Below are positions 38,401-52,900 of a DNA stretch of 64,000 nucleotides, one piece after another; position 1 is the first letter of the stretch, and each line of letters starts with the position of its first letter. A program made the position numbers and the translations under genes. Source of the stretch: the human T2T-CHM13v2.0 reference genome, Homo sapiens; NCBI RefSeq assembly GCF_009914755.1, contig NC_060925.1, one strand, 5' to 3'. The notes beneath the pieces were generated by a model. It did no database searches. It was not told the DNA's origin and saw nothing but the letters and a program-made list of their open reading frames with translations.

Positions 38401-39888
38401 ACAGAGTTTAACTTTTCTTCTCATAGAGCAGTTAGGAAACACTCTGTTTGTAAAGTCTGCAAGTGGATATTCAGACCTCTTTGAGGCCTTCGTTGGAAAC
38501 GGGATTTCTTCATATTCTGCTAGACAGAAGAATTCTCAGTAACTTCCTTGTGTTGTGTGTATTCAACTCACAGAGTTGAAGGATCCTTTACAGAGAGCAG
38601 GCTTGAAACACTCTTTTTGTCGAATTTGCAAGTGGAGATTTCAGCCGCTTTGAGGTCAATGGTAGAATAGGAAATATCTTCTTATAGAAACTAGACAGAA
38701 TGATTCTCATAAACTCCTTTGTGATGTGTGCGTTCAACTCACAGAGTTTAACCTTTCTTTTCATAGAGCAGTTAGGAAACACTCTGTTTGTAAAGTCTGC
38801 AAGTGGATATTCAGACCTCCTTGAGGCCTTCGTTGGAAACGGGATTTCTTCATATTCTGCTAGACAGAAGAATTCTCAGTAACTTCCTTGTGTTGTGTTT
38901 ATTCAACTCACAGAGTTGAATGATCCTTTACACAGAGCAGACTTGAAACACTCTTTTTGTGGAATTTGCAAGTGGAGATTTCAGCCGCTTTGAGGTAAAT
39001 GGTAGAAAAGTAAATATCTTCGTATAAAGACTAGACAGAATGATTCTCAGAAACTCCTTTGTGATGTGTGCGTTCAACTCACAGAGTTTAACCTTTCTGT
39101 TCATAGAGCAGTTAGGAAACACTCTGTTTGTAAAGTCTGCAAGTGGATATCCGACCTCCTTGAGGCCTTCGTTGGAAACGGGATTTCTTCATATTCTGCT
39201 AGACAGAAGAATTCTCAGTAACTTCCTTGTGTTGTGTGTATTCAACTCACAGAGTTGAACGATCCTTTACACAGAGCAGACTTGAAACACTCTTTTTGTG
39301 GAATTTGCAAGTGGAGATTTCAGCCGCTTTGAGGTCAATGGTAGAAAAGGAAATATCTTCGTATAAAGACTAGACAGAATGATTCTCAGAAACTCCTTTG
39401 TGATGTGTGCGTTCAACTCACAGAGTTTAACTTTTCTTTTCATAGAGCAGTTAGGAAACACTCTGTTTGTAAAGTCTGCAAGTGGATATTCAGACCTCTT
39501 TGAGGCCTTCGTTGGAAACGGGATTTCTTCATATTATGCTAGACAGAAGAATTCTCAGTAACTTCCTTGTGTTGTGTGTATTCAACTCACAGAGTTGAAC
39601 GATCCTTTACACAGAGCAGACTTGAAACATTCTTTTTGTGGAATTTGCAAGTGGAGATTTCAGCCGCTTTGAGGTCAATGGTAGAATAGGAAATATCTTC
39701 CTATAGAAACTAGACAGAACGATTCTCAGAAACTCCATTGTGATGTGTGCGTTCAACTCACAGAGTTTAACCTTTCTTTTCATAGAGCAGTTAGGAAACA
39801 CTCTGTTTGTAAAGTCTGCAAGTGGATATTCAGACCTCTTTGAGGCCTTCGTTGGAAACGGGATTTCTTCCTATTCTGCTAGACAGAA
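34451..39888 (+). repeat. Two tandem 16-monomer variants A-B-C-D-E-F-H-G (2,719 bp); a third copy starts at 28673
   Basis: Unit starts at 34451, 37170 and 39889. The tatccgac 1-bp-deletion allele and ctccAttg occur in all three copies, and gccgcAttg occurs near 37289 and 40008. Confidence 0.87.
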
Positions 39889-40907
39889 GAATTCTCAGTA
39901 ACTTCCTTGTGTTGTGTGTATTCAACTCACAGAGTTGAACGATCCTTTACACAGAGCAGACTTGAAACACTCTTTTTGTGGAATTTGCAAGTGGAGATTT
40001 CAGCCGCATTGAGGTCAATAGTAGAAAAGGAAATATCTTCGTAGAAAAACTAGACAGAATGATTCTCAGAAACTCCTTTGTGATGTGTGTGTTCAACTCA
40101 CAGAGTTTAAGCTTTCTTTTCATAGAGCAGTTAGTAAACACTCTGTTTATAAAGTCTGCAAGTGGATATTCAGACCCCTTTGAGGCCTTCGTTGGAAACG
40201 GGATTTCTTCATATTATGCTAGACAGAAGAATTCTCAGTAACTTCCTTGTGTTGTGTGTATTCAACTGACAGAGTTGAACTTTCATTTAGAGAGAGCAGA
40301 TTTGAAACACTGTTTTTGTGGAATTTGCAATTGGAGATTTCAAGCGCTTTGGGGCCAAAGGCAGAAAAGGAAATATCTTCGTATAAAAACTAGACAGAAT
40401 CATTCTCAGAAACTCCTTTGTGATGTGTGCGTTCAACTCTCAGAGTTTAACTTTTCTTTTCATTCAGCGGTTTGGAAACACTCTGTTTGTAAAGTCTGCA
40501 CGTGGATATTTTGACCACTTAGAGGCCTTCGTTGGAAACGGGTTTTTTTCATGTAAGGCTAGACAGAAGAATTCCCAGTAACTTCCTTGTGTTGTGTGCA
40601 TTCAACTCACAGAGTTGAACGTTCCCTTAGACAGAGCAGATTTGAAACACTCTATTTGTGCAATTTGCAAGTGTAGATTTCAAGCGCTTTAAGGTCAACG
40701 GCAGAAAAGGAAATATCTTCGTTTCAAAACTAGACAGAATCATTCCCACAAACTGCGTTGTGATGTGTTCGTTCAACTCACAGAGTTTAACCTTTCTGTT
40801 CATAGAGCAGTTAGGAAACACTCTGTTTGTAAAGTCTGTAAGTGGATATTCTGACATCTTGTGGCCTTCGTTGGAAACGGGATTTCTTCATATTCTGCTA
40901 GACAGAA

Positions 40908-43900
40908 GAATTCTCAGTAACTTCCTTGTGTTGTGTGTATTCAACTCACAGAGTTGAACGATCCTTTACACAGAGCAGACTTGAAACACTCTTTTTGTGG
41001 AATTTGCAAGTGGAGATTTCAGCCGCTTTGAGGTCAATGGTAGAAAAGTAAATATCTTCGTATAAAGACTAGACAGAATGATTCTCAGAAACTTCTTTGT
41101 GATGTGTGTGTTCAACTCACAGAGTTTAACCTTTCTTTTCATAGAGCAGTTAGTAAACACTCTGTTTATAAAGTCTGCAAGTGGATATTCAGACCCCTTT
41201 GAGGCCTTCGTTGGAAACGGGATTTCTTCATATTATGCTAGACAGAAGAATTCTCAGTAACTTCCTTGTGTTGTGTGTATTCAACTGACAGAGTTGAACT
41301 TTCATTTAGAGAGAGTAGTTTTGAAACACTGTTTTTGTGGAATTTGCAAGTGGAGATTTCAAGCGCTTTGGGGCCAAAGGCAGAAAAGGAAATATCTTCG
41401 TATAAAAACTAGACAGAATCATTCTCAGAAACTGCTGCGTGATGTGTGCGTTCAACTCTCAGAGTTTAACTTTTCTTTTCATTCAGCGGTTTGGAAACAC
41501 TCTGTTTGTAAAGTCTGCACGTGGAAATTTTGACCACTTAGAGGCCTTCGTTGGAAACGGGTTTTTTTCATGTAAGGCTAGACAGAAGAATTCCCAGTAA
41601 CTTCCTTGTGTTGTGTGCATTCAACTCACAGAGTTGAACGTTCCCTTAGACAGAGCAGATTTGAAACACTCTGTTTCTGCAATTTGCAAGTGTAGTTTTC
41701 AAGCTCTTTAAGGTCAACGGCAGAAAAGGAAATATCATCGTTTCAAAACTAGACAGAATCATTCCCACAAACTGCGTTGTGATGTGTTCGTTCAACTCAC
41801 AGAGTTTAACCTTTCTGTTCATAGAGCAGTTAGGAAACACTCTGTTTGTAAAGTCTGTAAGTGGATATTCTGACATCTTGTGGCCTTCGTTGGAAACGGG
41901 ATTTCTTCATATTCTGCTAGACAGAAGAATTCTCAGTAACTTCCTTGTGTTGTGTGTATTCAACTCACAGAGTTGAACGATCCTTTACACAGAGCAGACT
42001 TGAAACACTCTTTTTGTGGAATTTGCAAGTGGAGATTTCAGCCGCTTTGAGGTCAATGGTAGAAAAGGAAACTATCTTCATATAAAGACTAGACAGAATG
42101 ATTCTCAGAAAATCTTTTGTGATGTGTGCGTTCAACTCACAGAGTTTAACTTTTCTTCTCATAGAGCAGTTAAGAAACACTCTGTTTGTAAAGTCTGCAA
42201 GTGGATATTCAGACCTCTTTGAGGCCTTCGTTGGAAACGGGATTTCTTCATATTCTGCTAGACAGAAGAATTCTCAGTAACTTCCTTGTGTTGTGTGTAT
42301 TCAACTCACAGAGTTGAAGGATCCTTTACAGAGAGCAGGCTTGAAACACTCTTTTTGTCGAATTTGCAAGTGGAGATTTCAGCCGCTTTGAGGTCAATGG
42401 TAGAATAGGAAATATCTTCTTATAGAAACTAGACAGAATGATTCTCATAAACTCCTTTGTGATGTGTGCGTTCAACTCACAGAGTTTAACCTTTCTTTTC
42501 ATAGAGCAGTTAGGAAACACTCTGTTTGTAAAGTCTGCAAGTGGATATTCAGACCTCCTTGAGGCCTTCGTTGGAAACGGGATTTCTTCATATTCTGCTA
42601 GACAGAAGAATTCTCAGTAACTTCCTTGTGTTGTGTTTATTCAACTCACAGAGTTGAATGATCCTTTACACAGAGCAGACTTGAAACACTCTTTTTGTGG
42701 AATTTGCAAGTGGAGATTTCAGCCGCTTTGAGGTCAATGGTAGAAAAGTAAATATCTTCGTATAAAGACTAGACAGAATGATTCTCAGAAACTCCTTTGT
42801 GATGTGTGCGTTCAACTCACAGAGTTTAACCTTTCTGTTCATAGAGCAGTTAGGAATCACTCTGTTTGTAAAGTCTGCAAGTGGATATTCAGACCTCCTT
42901 GAGGCCTTTGTTGGAAACGGGATTTCTTCATATTCTGCTAGACAGAAGAATTCTCAGTAACTTCCTTGTGTTGTGTGTATTCAACTCACAGAGTTGAACG
43001 ATCCTTTACACAGAGCAGACTTGAAACACTCTTTTTGTGGAATTTGCAAGAGGAGATTTCAGCCGATTTGAGGTCAATAGTAGAAAAGGAAACATCTTCG
43101 TAGAAAAACTAGACAGAATGATTCTCAGAAACTCCTTTGTGATGTGTGTGTTCAACTCACAGAGTTTAACCTTTCTTTTCATAGAGCAGTTAGTAAACAC
43201 TCTGTTTATAAAGTCTGCAAGTGGATATTCAGACCCCTTTGAGGCCTTCGTTGGAAACGGGATTTCTTCATATTATGCTAGACAGAAGAATTCTCAGTAA
43301 CTTCCTTGTGTTGTGTGTATTCAACTGACAGAGTTGAACTTTCATTTGGAGAGAGCAGATTTGAAACACTGTTTTTGTGGAATTTGCAAGTGGAGATTTC
43401 AAGCGCTTTGGGGCCAAAGGCAGAAAAGGAAATATCTTCGTATAAAAACTAGACAGAATCATTCTCAGAAACTGCTGCGTGATGTGTGCGTTCAACTCTC
43501 AGAGTTTAACTTTTCTTTTCATTCAGCGGTTTGGAAACACTCTGTTTGTAAAGTCTGCACGTGGATATTTTGACCACTTAGAGGCCTTCGTTGGAAACGG
43601 GTTTTTTTCATGTAAGGCTAGACAGAAGAATTCCCAGTAACTTCCTTGTGTTGTGTGCATTCAACTCACAGAGTTGAACGTTCCCTTAGACAGAGCAGAT
43701 TTGAAACACTCTATTTGTGCAATTTGCAAGTGTAGTTTTCAAGCTCTTTATGGTCAACGGCAGAAAAGGAAATATCTTCGTTTCAAAACTAGACAGAATC
43801 ATTCCCACAAACTGCGTTGTGATGTGTTCGTTCAACTCACAGAGTTTAACCTTTCTGTTCATAGAGCAGTTAGGAAACACTCTGTTTGTAAAGTCTGTAA

Positions 43901-46900
43901 GTGGATATTCTGACATCTTGTGGCCTTCGTTGGAAACGGGATTTCTTCATATTCTGCTAGACAGAAGAATTCTCAGTAACTTCCTTGTGTTGTGTGTATT
44001 CAACTCACAGAGTTGAACGATCCTTTACACAGAGCAGACTTGAAACACTCTTTTTGTGGAATTTGCAAGTGGAGATTTCAGCCGCTTTGAGGTCAATGGT
44101 AGAAAAGGAAACTATCTTCATATAAAGACTAGACAGAATGATTCTCAGAAAATCTTTTGTGATGTGTGCGTTCAACTCACAGAGTTTAACTTTTCTTCTC
44201 ATAGAGCAGTTAGGAAACACTCTGTTTGTAAAGTCTGCAAGTGGATATTCAGACCTCTTTGAGGCCTTCGTTGGAAACGGGATTTCTTCATATTCTGCTA
44301 GACAGAAGAATTCTCAGTAACTTCCTTGTGTTGTGTGTATTCAACTCACAGAGTTGAAGGATCCTTTACAGAGAGCAGGCTTGAAACACTCTTTTTGTCG
44401 AATTTGCAAGTGGAGATTTCAGCCGCTTTGAGGTCAATGGTAGAATAGGAAATATCTTCTTATAGAAACTAGACAGAATGATTCTCATAAACTCCTTTGT
44501 GATGTGTGCGTTCAACTCACAGAGTTTAACCTTTCTTTTCATAGAGCAGTTAGGAAACACTCTGTTTGTAAAGTCTGCAAGTGGATATTCAGACCTCCTT
44601 GAGGCCTTCGTTGGAAACGGGATTTCTTCATATTCTGCTAGACAGAAGAATTCTCAGTAACTTCCTTGTGTTGTGTTTATTCAACTCACAGAGTTGAATG
44701 ATCCTTTACACAGAGCAGACTTGAAACACTCTTTCTGTGGAATTTGCAAGTGGAGATTTCAGCCGCTTTGAGGTCAATGGTAGAAAAGTAAATATCTTCG
44801 TATAAAGACTAGACAGAATGATTCTCAGAAACTCCTTTGTGATGTGTGCGTTCAACTCACAGAGTTTAACCTTTCTGTTCATAGAGCAGTTAGGAAACAC
44901 TCTGTTTGTAAAGTCTGCAAGTGGATATTCAGACCTCCTTGAGGCCTTCTTTGGAAACGGGATTTCTTCATATTCTGCTAGACAGAAGAATTCTCAGTAA
45001 CTTCCTTGTGTTGTGTGTATTCAACTCACAGAGTTGAACGATCCTTTACACAGAGCAGACTTGAAACACTCTTTTTGTGGAATTTGCAAGAGGAGATTTC
45101 AGCCGCTTTGAGGTCAATAGTAGAAAAGGAAACATCTTCGTAGAAAAACTAGACAGAATGATTCTCAGAAACTCCTTTGTGATGTGTGTGTTCAACTCAC
45201 AGAGTTTAACCTTTCTTTTCATAGAGCAGTTAGTAAACACTCTGTTTATAAAGTCTGCAAGTGGATATTCAGACCCCTTTGAGGCCTTCGTTGGAAACGG
45301 GATTTCTTCATATTATGCTAGACAGAAGAATTCTCAGTAACTTCCTTGTGTTGTGTGTATTCAACTGACAGAGTTGAACTTTCATTTGGAGAGAGCAGAT
45401 TTGAAACACTGTTTTTGTGGAATTTGCAAGTGGAGATTTCAAGCGCTTTGGGGCCAAAGGCAGAAAAGGAAATATCTTCGTATAAACACTAGACAGAATC
45501 ATTCTCAGAAACTGCTGCGTGATGTGTGCGTTCAACTCTCAGAGTTTAACCTTTCTTTTCATTCAGCGGTTTGGAAACACTCTGTTTGTAAAGTCTGCAC
45601 GTGGATATTTTGACCACTTAGAGGCCTTCGTTGGAAACGGGTTTTTTTCATGTAAGGCTAGACAGAAGAATTCCCAGTAACTTCCTTGTGTTGTGTGCAT
45701 TCAACTCACAGAGTTGAACGTTCCCTTAGACAGAGCAGATTTGAAACACTCTATTTGTGCAATTTGCAAGTGTAGTTTTCAAGCTCTTTAAGTTCAACGG
45801 CAGAAAAGGAAATATCTTCGTTTCAAAACTAGACAGAATCATTCCCACAAACTGCGTTGTGATGTGTTCGTTCAACTCACAGAGTTTAACCTTTCTGTTC
45901 ATAGAGCAGTTAGGAAACACTCTGTTTGTAAAGTCTGTAAGTGGATATTCTGACATCTTGTGGCCTTCGTGGGAAACGGGATTTCTTCATATTCTGCTAG
46001 ACAGAAGAATTCTCAGTAACTTCCTTGTGTTGTGTGTATTCATCTCACAGAGTTGAACGATCCTTTACACAGAGCAGACTTGAAACACTCTTTTTGTGGA
46101 ATTTGCAAGTGGAGATTTCAGCCGCTTTGAGGTCAATGGTAGAAAAGGAAACTATCTTCATATAAAGACTAGACAGAATGATTCTCAGAAAATCTTTTGT
46201 GATGTGTGCGTTCAACTCACAGAGTTTAACTTTTCTTCTCATAGAGCAGTTAGGAAACACTCTGTTTGTAAAGTCTGCAAGTGGATATTCTGACATCTTT
46301 GAGGCCTTCGTTGGAAACGGGATTTCTTCATATTCTGCTAGACAGAAGAATTCTCAGTAACTTCCTTGTGTTGTGTGTATTCAACTCACAGAGTTGAAGG
46401 ATCCTTTACAGAGAGCAGGCTTGAAACACTCTTTTTGTCGAATTTGCAAGTGGAGATTTCAGCCGCTTTGAGGTCAATGGTTGAATAGGAAATATCTTCT
46501 TATAGAAACTAGACAGAATGATTCTCATAAACTCCTTTGTGATGTGTGCGTTCAACTCACAGAGTTTAACCTTTCTTTTCATAGAGCAGTTAGGAAACAC
46601 TCTGTTTGTAAAGTCTGCAAGTGGATATTCAGACCTCTTTGAGGCCTTCGTTGGAAACGGGATTTCTTCATATTCTGCTAGACAGAAGAATTCTCAGTAA
46701 CTTCCTTGTGTTGTGTTTATTCAACTCACAGAGTTGAATGATCCTTTACACAGAGCAGACTTGAAACACTCTTTTTGTGGAATTTGCAAGTGGAGATTTC
46801 AGCCGCTTTGAGGTCAATGGTAGAAAAGTAAATATCTTCGTATAAAGACTAGACAGAATGATTCTCAGAAACTCCTTTGTGATGTGTGCGTTCAACTCAC

Positions 46901-49900
46901 AGAGTTTAACTTTTCTTTTCATAGAGCAGTTAGGAAACACTCTGTTTGTAAAGTCTGCAAGTGGATATTCAGACCTCTTTGAGGCCTTCGTTGGAAACGG
47001 GATTTCTTCATATTATGCTAGACAGAAGAATTCTCAGTAACTTCCTTGTGTTGTGTGTATTCAACTCACAGAGTTGAACGATCCTTTACACAGAGCAGAC
47101 TTGAAACATTCTTTTTGTGGAATTTGCAAGTGGAGATTTCAGCCGCTTTGAGGTCAATGGTAGAATAGGAAATATCTTCCTATAGAAACTAGACAGAACG
47201 ATTCTCAGAAACTCCTTTGTGATGTGTGCGTTCAACTCACAGAGTTTAACCTTTCTGTTCATAGAGCAGTTAGGAAACACTCTGTTTGTAAAGTCTGCAA
47301 GTGGATATTCAGACCTCTTTGAGGCCTTCGTTGGAAACGGGATTTCTTCCTATTCTGCTAGACAGAAGAATTCTCAGTAACTTCCTTGTGTTGTGTGTAT
47401 TCAACTCACAGAGTTGAACGATCCTTTACACAGAGCAGACTTGAAACACTCTTTTTGTGGAATTTGCAAGTGGAGATTTCAGCCGCTTTGAGGTCAATAG
47501 TAGAAAAGGAAATATCTTCGTAGAAAAACTAGACAGAATGATTCTCAGAAACTCCTTTGTGATGTGTGTGTTCAACTCACAGAGTTTAACCTTTCTTTTC
47601 ATAGAGCAGTTAGTAAACACTCTGTTTATAAAGTCTGCAAGTGGATATTCAGACCCCTTTGAGGCCTTCGTTGGAAACGGGATTTCTTCATATTATGCTA
47701 GACAGAAGAATTCTCAGTAACTTCCTTGTGTTGTGTGTATTCAACTGACAGAGTTGAACTTTCATTTAGAGAGAGCAGATTTGAAACACTGTTTTTGTGG
47801 AATTTGCAAGTGGAGATTTCAAGCGCTTTGGGGCCAAAGGCAGAAAAGGAAATATCTTCGTATAAAAACTAGACAGAATCATTCTCAGAAACTGCTGCGT
47901 GATGTGTGCGTTCAACTCTCAGAGTTTAACTTTTCTTTTCATTCAGCGGTTTGGAAACACTCTGTTTGTAAAGTCTGCACTTGGATATTTTGACCACTTA
48001 GAGGCCTTCGTTGGAAACGGGTTTTTTTCATGTAAGGCTAGACAGAAGAATTCCCAGTAACTTCCTTGTGTTGTGTGCATTCAACTCACAGAGTTGAACG
48101 TTCCCTTAGACAGAGCAGATTTGAAACACTCTATTTCTGCAATTTGCAAGTTTAGTTTTCAAGCTCTTTAAGGTCAACGGCAGAAAAGGAAATATCTTCG
48201 TTTCAAAACTAGACAGAATCATTCCCACAAACTGCGTTGTGATGTGTTCGTTCAACTCACAGAGTTTAACCTTTCTGTTCATAGAGCAGTTAGGAAACAC
48301 TCTGTTTGTAAAGTCTGTAAGTGGATATTCTGACATCTTGTGGCCTTCGTTGGAAACGGGATTTCTTCATATTCTGCTAGACAGAAGAATTCTCAGTAAC
48401 TTCCTTGTGTTGTGTGTATTCAACTCACAGAGTTGAACGATCCTTTACACAGAGCAGACTTGAAACACTCTTTTTGTGGAATTTGCAAGTGGAGATTTCA
48501 GCCGCTTTGATGTCAATGGTAGAAAAGGAAATATCTTCGTATAAAGACTAGACAGAATGATTCTCAGAAACTCTTTTGTGATGTGTGCGTTCAACTCACA
48601 GAGTTTAACCTTTCTGTTCATAGAGCAGTTAGGAAACACTCTGTTTGTAAAGTCTGCAAGTGGATATTCAGACCTCCTTGAGGCCTTCGTTGGAAACGGG
48701 ATTTCTTCATATTCTGCTAGACAGAAGAATTCTCAGTAACTTCCTTGTGTTGTGTGTATTCAACTCACAGAGTTGTACGATCCTTTACACAGAGCAGACT
48801 TGAAACACTCTTTTTGTGGAATTTGCAAGTGGAGATTTCAGCCGCTTTGAGGTCAATGGTAGAAAAGGAAATATCTTCGTATAAAGACTAGACAGAATGA
48901 TTCTCAGAAACTCCTTTGTGATGTGTGCGTTCAACTCACAGAGTTTAACCTTTCTGTTCATAGAGCAGTTAGGAAACACTCTGTTTGTAAAGTCTGTAAG
49001 TGGATATTCTGACATCTTGTGGCCTTCGTTGGAAACGGGATTTCTTCATATTCTGCTAGACAGAAGAATTCTCAGTAACTTCCTTGTGTTGTGTGTATTC
49101 AACTCACAGAGTTGAACGATCCTTTACACAGAGCAGACTTGAAACACTCTTTTTGTGGAATTTGCAAGTGGAGATTTCAGCCGCTTTGAGGTCAATGGTA
49201 GAAAAGGAAACTATCTTCATATAAAGACTAGACAGAATGATTCTCAGAAAATCTTTTGTGATGTGTGCGTTCAACTCACAGAGTTTAAGTTTTCTTCTCA
49301 TAGAGCAGTTAGGAAACACTCTGTTTGTAAAGTCTGCAAGTGGATATTCAGACATCTTTGAGGCCTTCGTTGGAAACGGGATTTCTTCATATTCTGCTAG
49401 ACAGAAGAATTCTCAGTAACTTCCTTGTGTTGTGTGTATTCAACTCACAGAGTTGAAGGATCCTTTACAGAGAGCAGGCTTGAAACACTCTTTTTGTCGA
49501 ATTTGCAAGTGGAGATTTCAGCCGCTTTGAGGTCAATGGTAGAATAGGAAATATCTTCTTATAGAAACTAGACAGAATGATTCTCATAAACTCCTTTGTG
49601 ATGTGTGCGTTCAACTCACAGAGTTTAACCTTTCTTTTCATAGAGCAGTTAGGAAACACTCTGTTTGTAAAGTCTGCAAGTGGATATTCAGACCTCCTTG
49701 AGGCCTTCGTTGGAAACGGGATTTCTTCATATTCTGCTAGACAGAAGAATTCTCAGTAACTTCCTTGTGTTGTGTTTATTCAACTCACAGAGTTGAATGA
49801 TCCTTTACACAGAGCAGACTTGAAACACTCTTTTTGTGGAATTTGCAAGTGGAGATTTCAGCCGCTTTGAGGTCAACGGTAGAAAAGTAAATATCTTCGT

Positions 49901-52900
49901 ATAAAGACTAGACAGAATGATTCTCAGAAACTCCTTTGTGATGTGTGCGTTCAACTCACAGAGTTTAACCTTTCTGTTCATAGAGCAGTTAGGAAACACT
50001 CTGTTTGTAAAGTCTGCAAGTGGATATTCAGACCTCTTTGAGGCCTTCGTTGGAAACGGGATTTCTTCATATTATGCTAGACAGAAGAATTCTCAGTAAC
50101 TTCCTTGTGTTGTGTGTATTCAACTCACAGAGTTGAACGATCCTTTACACAGAGCAGACTTGAAACATTCTTTTTGTGGAATTTGCAAGTGGAGATTTCA
50201 GCCGCTTTGAGGTCAATGGTAGAATAGGAAATATCTTCCTATAGAAACTAGACAGAACGATTCTCAGAAACTCCTTTGTGATGTGTGCGTTCAACTCACA
50301 GAGTTTAACCTTTCTTTTCATAGAGCAGTTAGGAAACACTCTATTTGTAAAGTCTGCAAGTGGATATTCAGACCTCTTTGAGGCCTTCGTTGGAAACGGG
50401 ATTTCTTCATATTCTGCTAGACAGAAGAATTCTCAGTAACTTCCTTGTGTTGTGTGTATTCAACTCACAGAGTTGAACGATCCTTTACACAGAGCAGACT
50501 TGAAACACTCTTTTTGTGGAATTTGCAAGTGGAGATTTCAGCCGCTTTGAGGTCAATGGTAGAAAAGTAAATATCTTCGTATAAAGACTAGACAGAATGA
50601 TTCTCAGAAACTTCTTTGTGATGTGTGTGTTCAACTCACAGAGTTTAACCTTTCTTTTCATAGAGCAGTTAGTAAACACTCTGTTTATAAAGTCTGCAAG
50701 TGGATATTCAGACCCCTTTGAGGCCTTCGTTGGAAACGGGATTTCTTCATATTATGCTAGACAGAAGAATTCTCAGTAACTTCCTTGTGTTGTGTGTATT
50801 CAACTGACAGAGTTGAACTTTCATTTAGAGAGAGTAGTTTTGAAACACTGTTTTTGTGGAATTTGCAAGTGGAGATTTCAAGCGCTTTGGGGCCAAAGGC
50901 AGAAAAGGAAATATCTTCGTATAAAAACTAGACAGAATCATTCTCAGAAACTGCTGCGTGATGTGTGCGTTCAACTCTCAGAGTTTAACTTTTCTTTTCA
51001 TTCAGCGGTTTGGAAACACTCTGTTTGTAAAGTCTGCACGTGGAAATTTTGACCACTTAGAGGCCTTCGTTGGAAACGGGTTTTTTTCATGTAAGGCTAG
51101 ACAGAAGAATTCCCAGTAACTTCCTTGTGTTGTGTGCATTCAACTCACAGAGTTGAACGTTCCCTTAGACAGAGCAGATTTGAAACACTCTGTTTCTGCA
51201 ATTTGCAAGTGTAGTTTTCAAGCTCTTTAAGGTCAACGGCAGAAAAGGAAATATCATCGTTTCAAAACTAGACAGAATCATTCCCACAAACTGCGTTGTG
51301 ATGTGTTCGTTCAACTCACAGAGTTTAACCTTTCTGTTCATAGAGCAGTTAGGAAACACTCTGTTTGTAAAGTCTGTAAGTGGATATTCTGACATCTTGT
51401 GGCCTTCGTTGGAAACGGGATTTCTTCATATTCTGCTAGACAGAAGAATTCTCAGTAACTTCCTTGTGTTGTGTGTATTCAACTCACAGAGTTGAACGAT
51501 CCTTTACACAGAGCAGACTTGAAACACTCTTTTTGTGGAATTTGCAAGTGGAGATTTCAGCCGCTTTGAGGTCAATGGTAGAAAAGGAAACTATCTTCAT
51601 ATAAAGACTAGACAGAATGATTCTCAGAAAATCTTTTGTGATGTGTGCGTTCAACTCACAGAGTTTAACTTTTCTTCTCATAGAGCAGTTAAGAAACACT
51701 CTGTTTGTAAAGTCTGCAAGTGGATATTCAGACCTCTTTGAGGCCTTCGTTGGAAACGGGATTTCTTCATATTCTGCTAGACAGAAGAATTCTCAGTAAC
51801 TTCCTTGTGTTGTGTGTATTCAACTCACAGAGTTGAAGGATCCTTTACAGAGAGCAGGCTTGAAACACTCTTTTTGTCGAATTTGCAAGTGGAGATTTCA
51901 GCCGCTTTGAGGTCAATGGTAGAATAGGAAATATCTTCTTATAGAAACTAGACAGAATGATTCTCATAAACTCCTTTGTGATGTGTGCGTTCAACTCACA
52001 GAGTTTAACCTTTCTTTTCATAGAGCAGTTAGGAAACACTCTGTTTGTAAAGTCTGCAAGTGGATATTCAGACCTCCTTGAGGCCTTCGTTGGAAACGGG
52101 ATTTCTTCATATTCTGCTAGACAGAAGAATTCTCAGTAACTTCCTTGTGTTGTGTTTATTCAACTCACAGAGTTGAATGATCCTTTACACAGAGCAGACT
52201 TGAAACACTCTTTTTGTGGAATTTGCAAGTGGAGATTTCAGCCGCTTTGAGGTCAATGGTAGAAAAGTAAATATCTTCGTATAAAGACTAGACAGAATGA
52301 TTCTCAGAAACTCCTTTGTGATGTGTGCGTTCAACTCACAGAGTTTAACCTTTCTGTTCATAGAGCAGTTAGGAATCACTCTGTTTGTAAAGTCTGCAAG
52401 TGGATATTCAGACCTCCTTGAGGCCTTTGTTGGAAACGGGATTTCTTCATATTCTGCTAGACAGAAGAATTCTCAGTAACTTCCTTGTGTTGTGTGTATT
52501 CAACTCACAGAGTTGAACGATCCTTTACACAGAGCAGACTTGAAACACTCTTTTTGTGGAATTTGCAAGAGGAGATTTCAGCCGATTTGAGGTCAATAGT
52601 AGAAAAGGAAACATCTTCGTAGAAAAACTAGACAGAATGATTCTCAGAAACTCCTTTGTGATGTGTGTGTTCAACTCACAGAGTTTAACCTTTCTTTTCA
52701 TAGAGCAGTTAGTAAACACTCTGTTTATAAAGTCTGCAAGTGGATATTCAGACCCCTTTGAGGCCTTCGTTGGAAACGGGATTTCTTCATATTATGCTAG
52801 ACAGAAGAATTCTCAGTAACTTCCTTGTGTTGTGTGTATTCAACTGACAGAGTTGAACTTTCATTTGGAGAGAGCAGATTTGAAACACTGTTTTTGTGGA

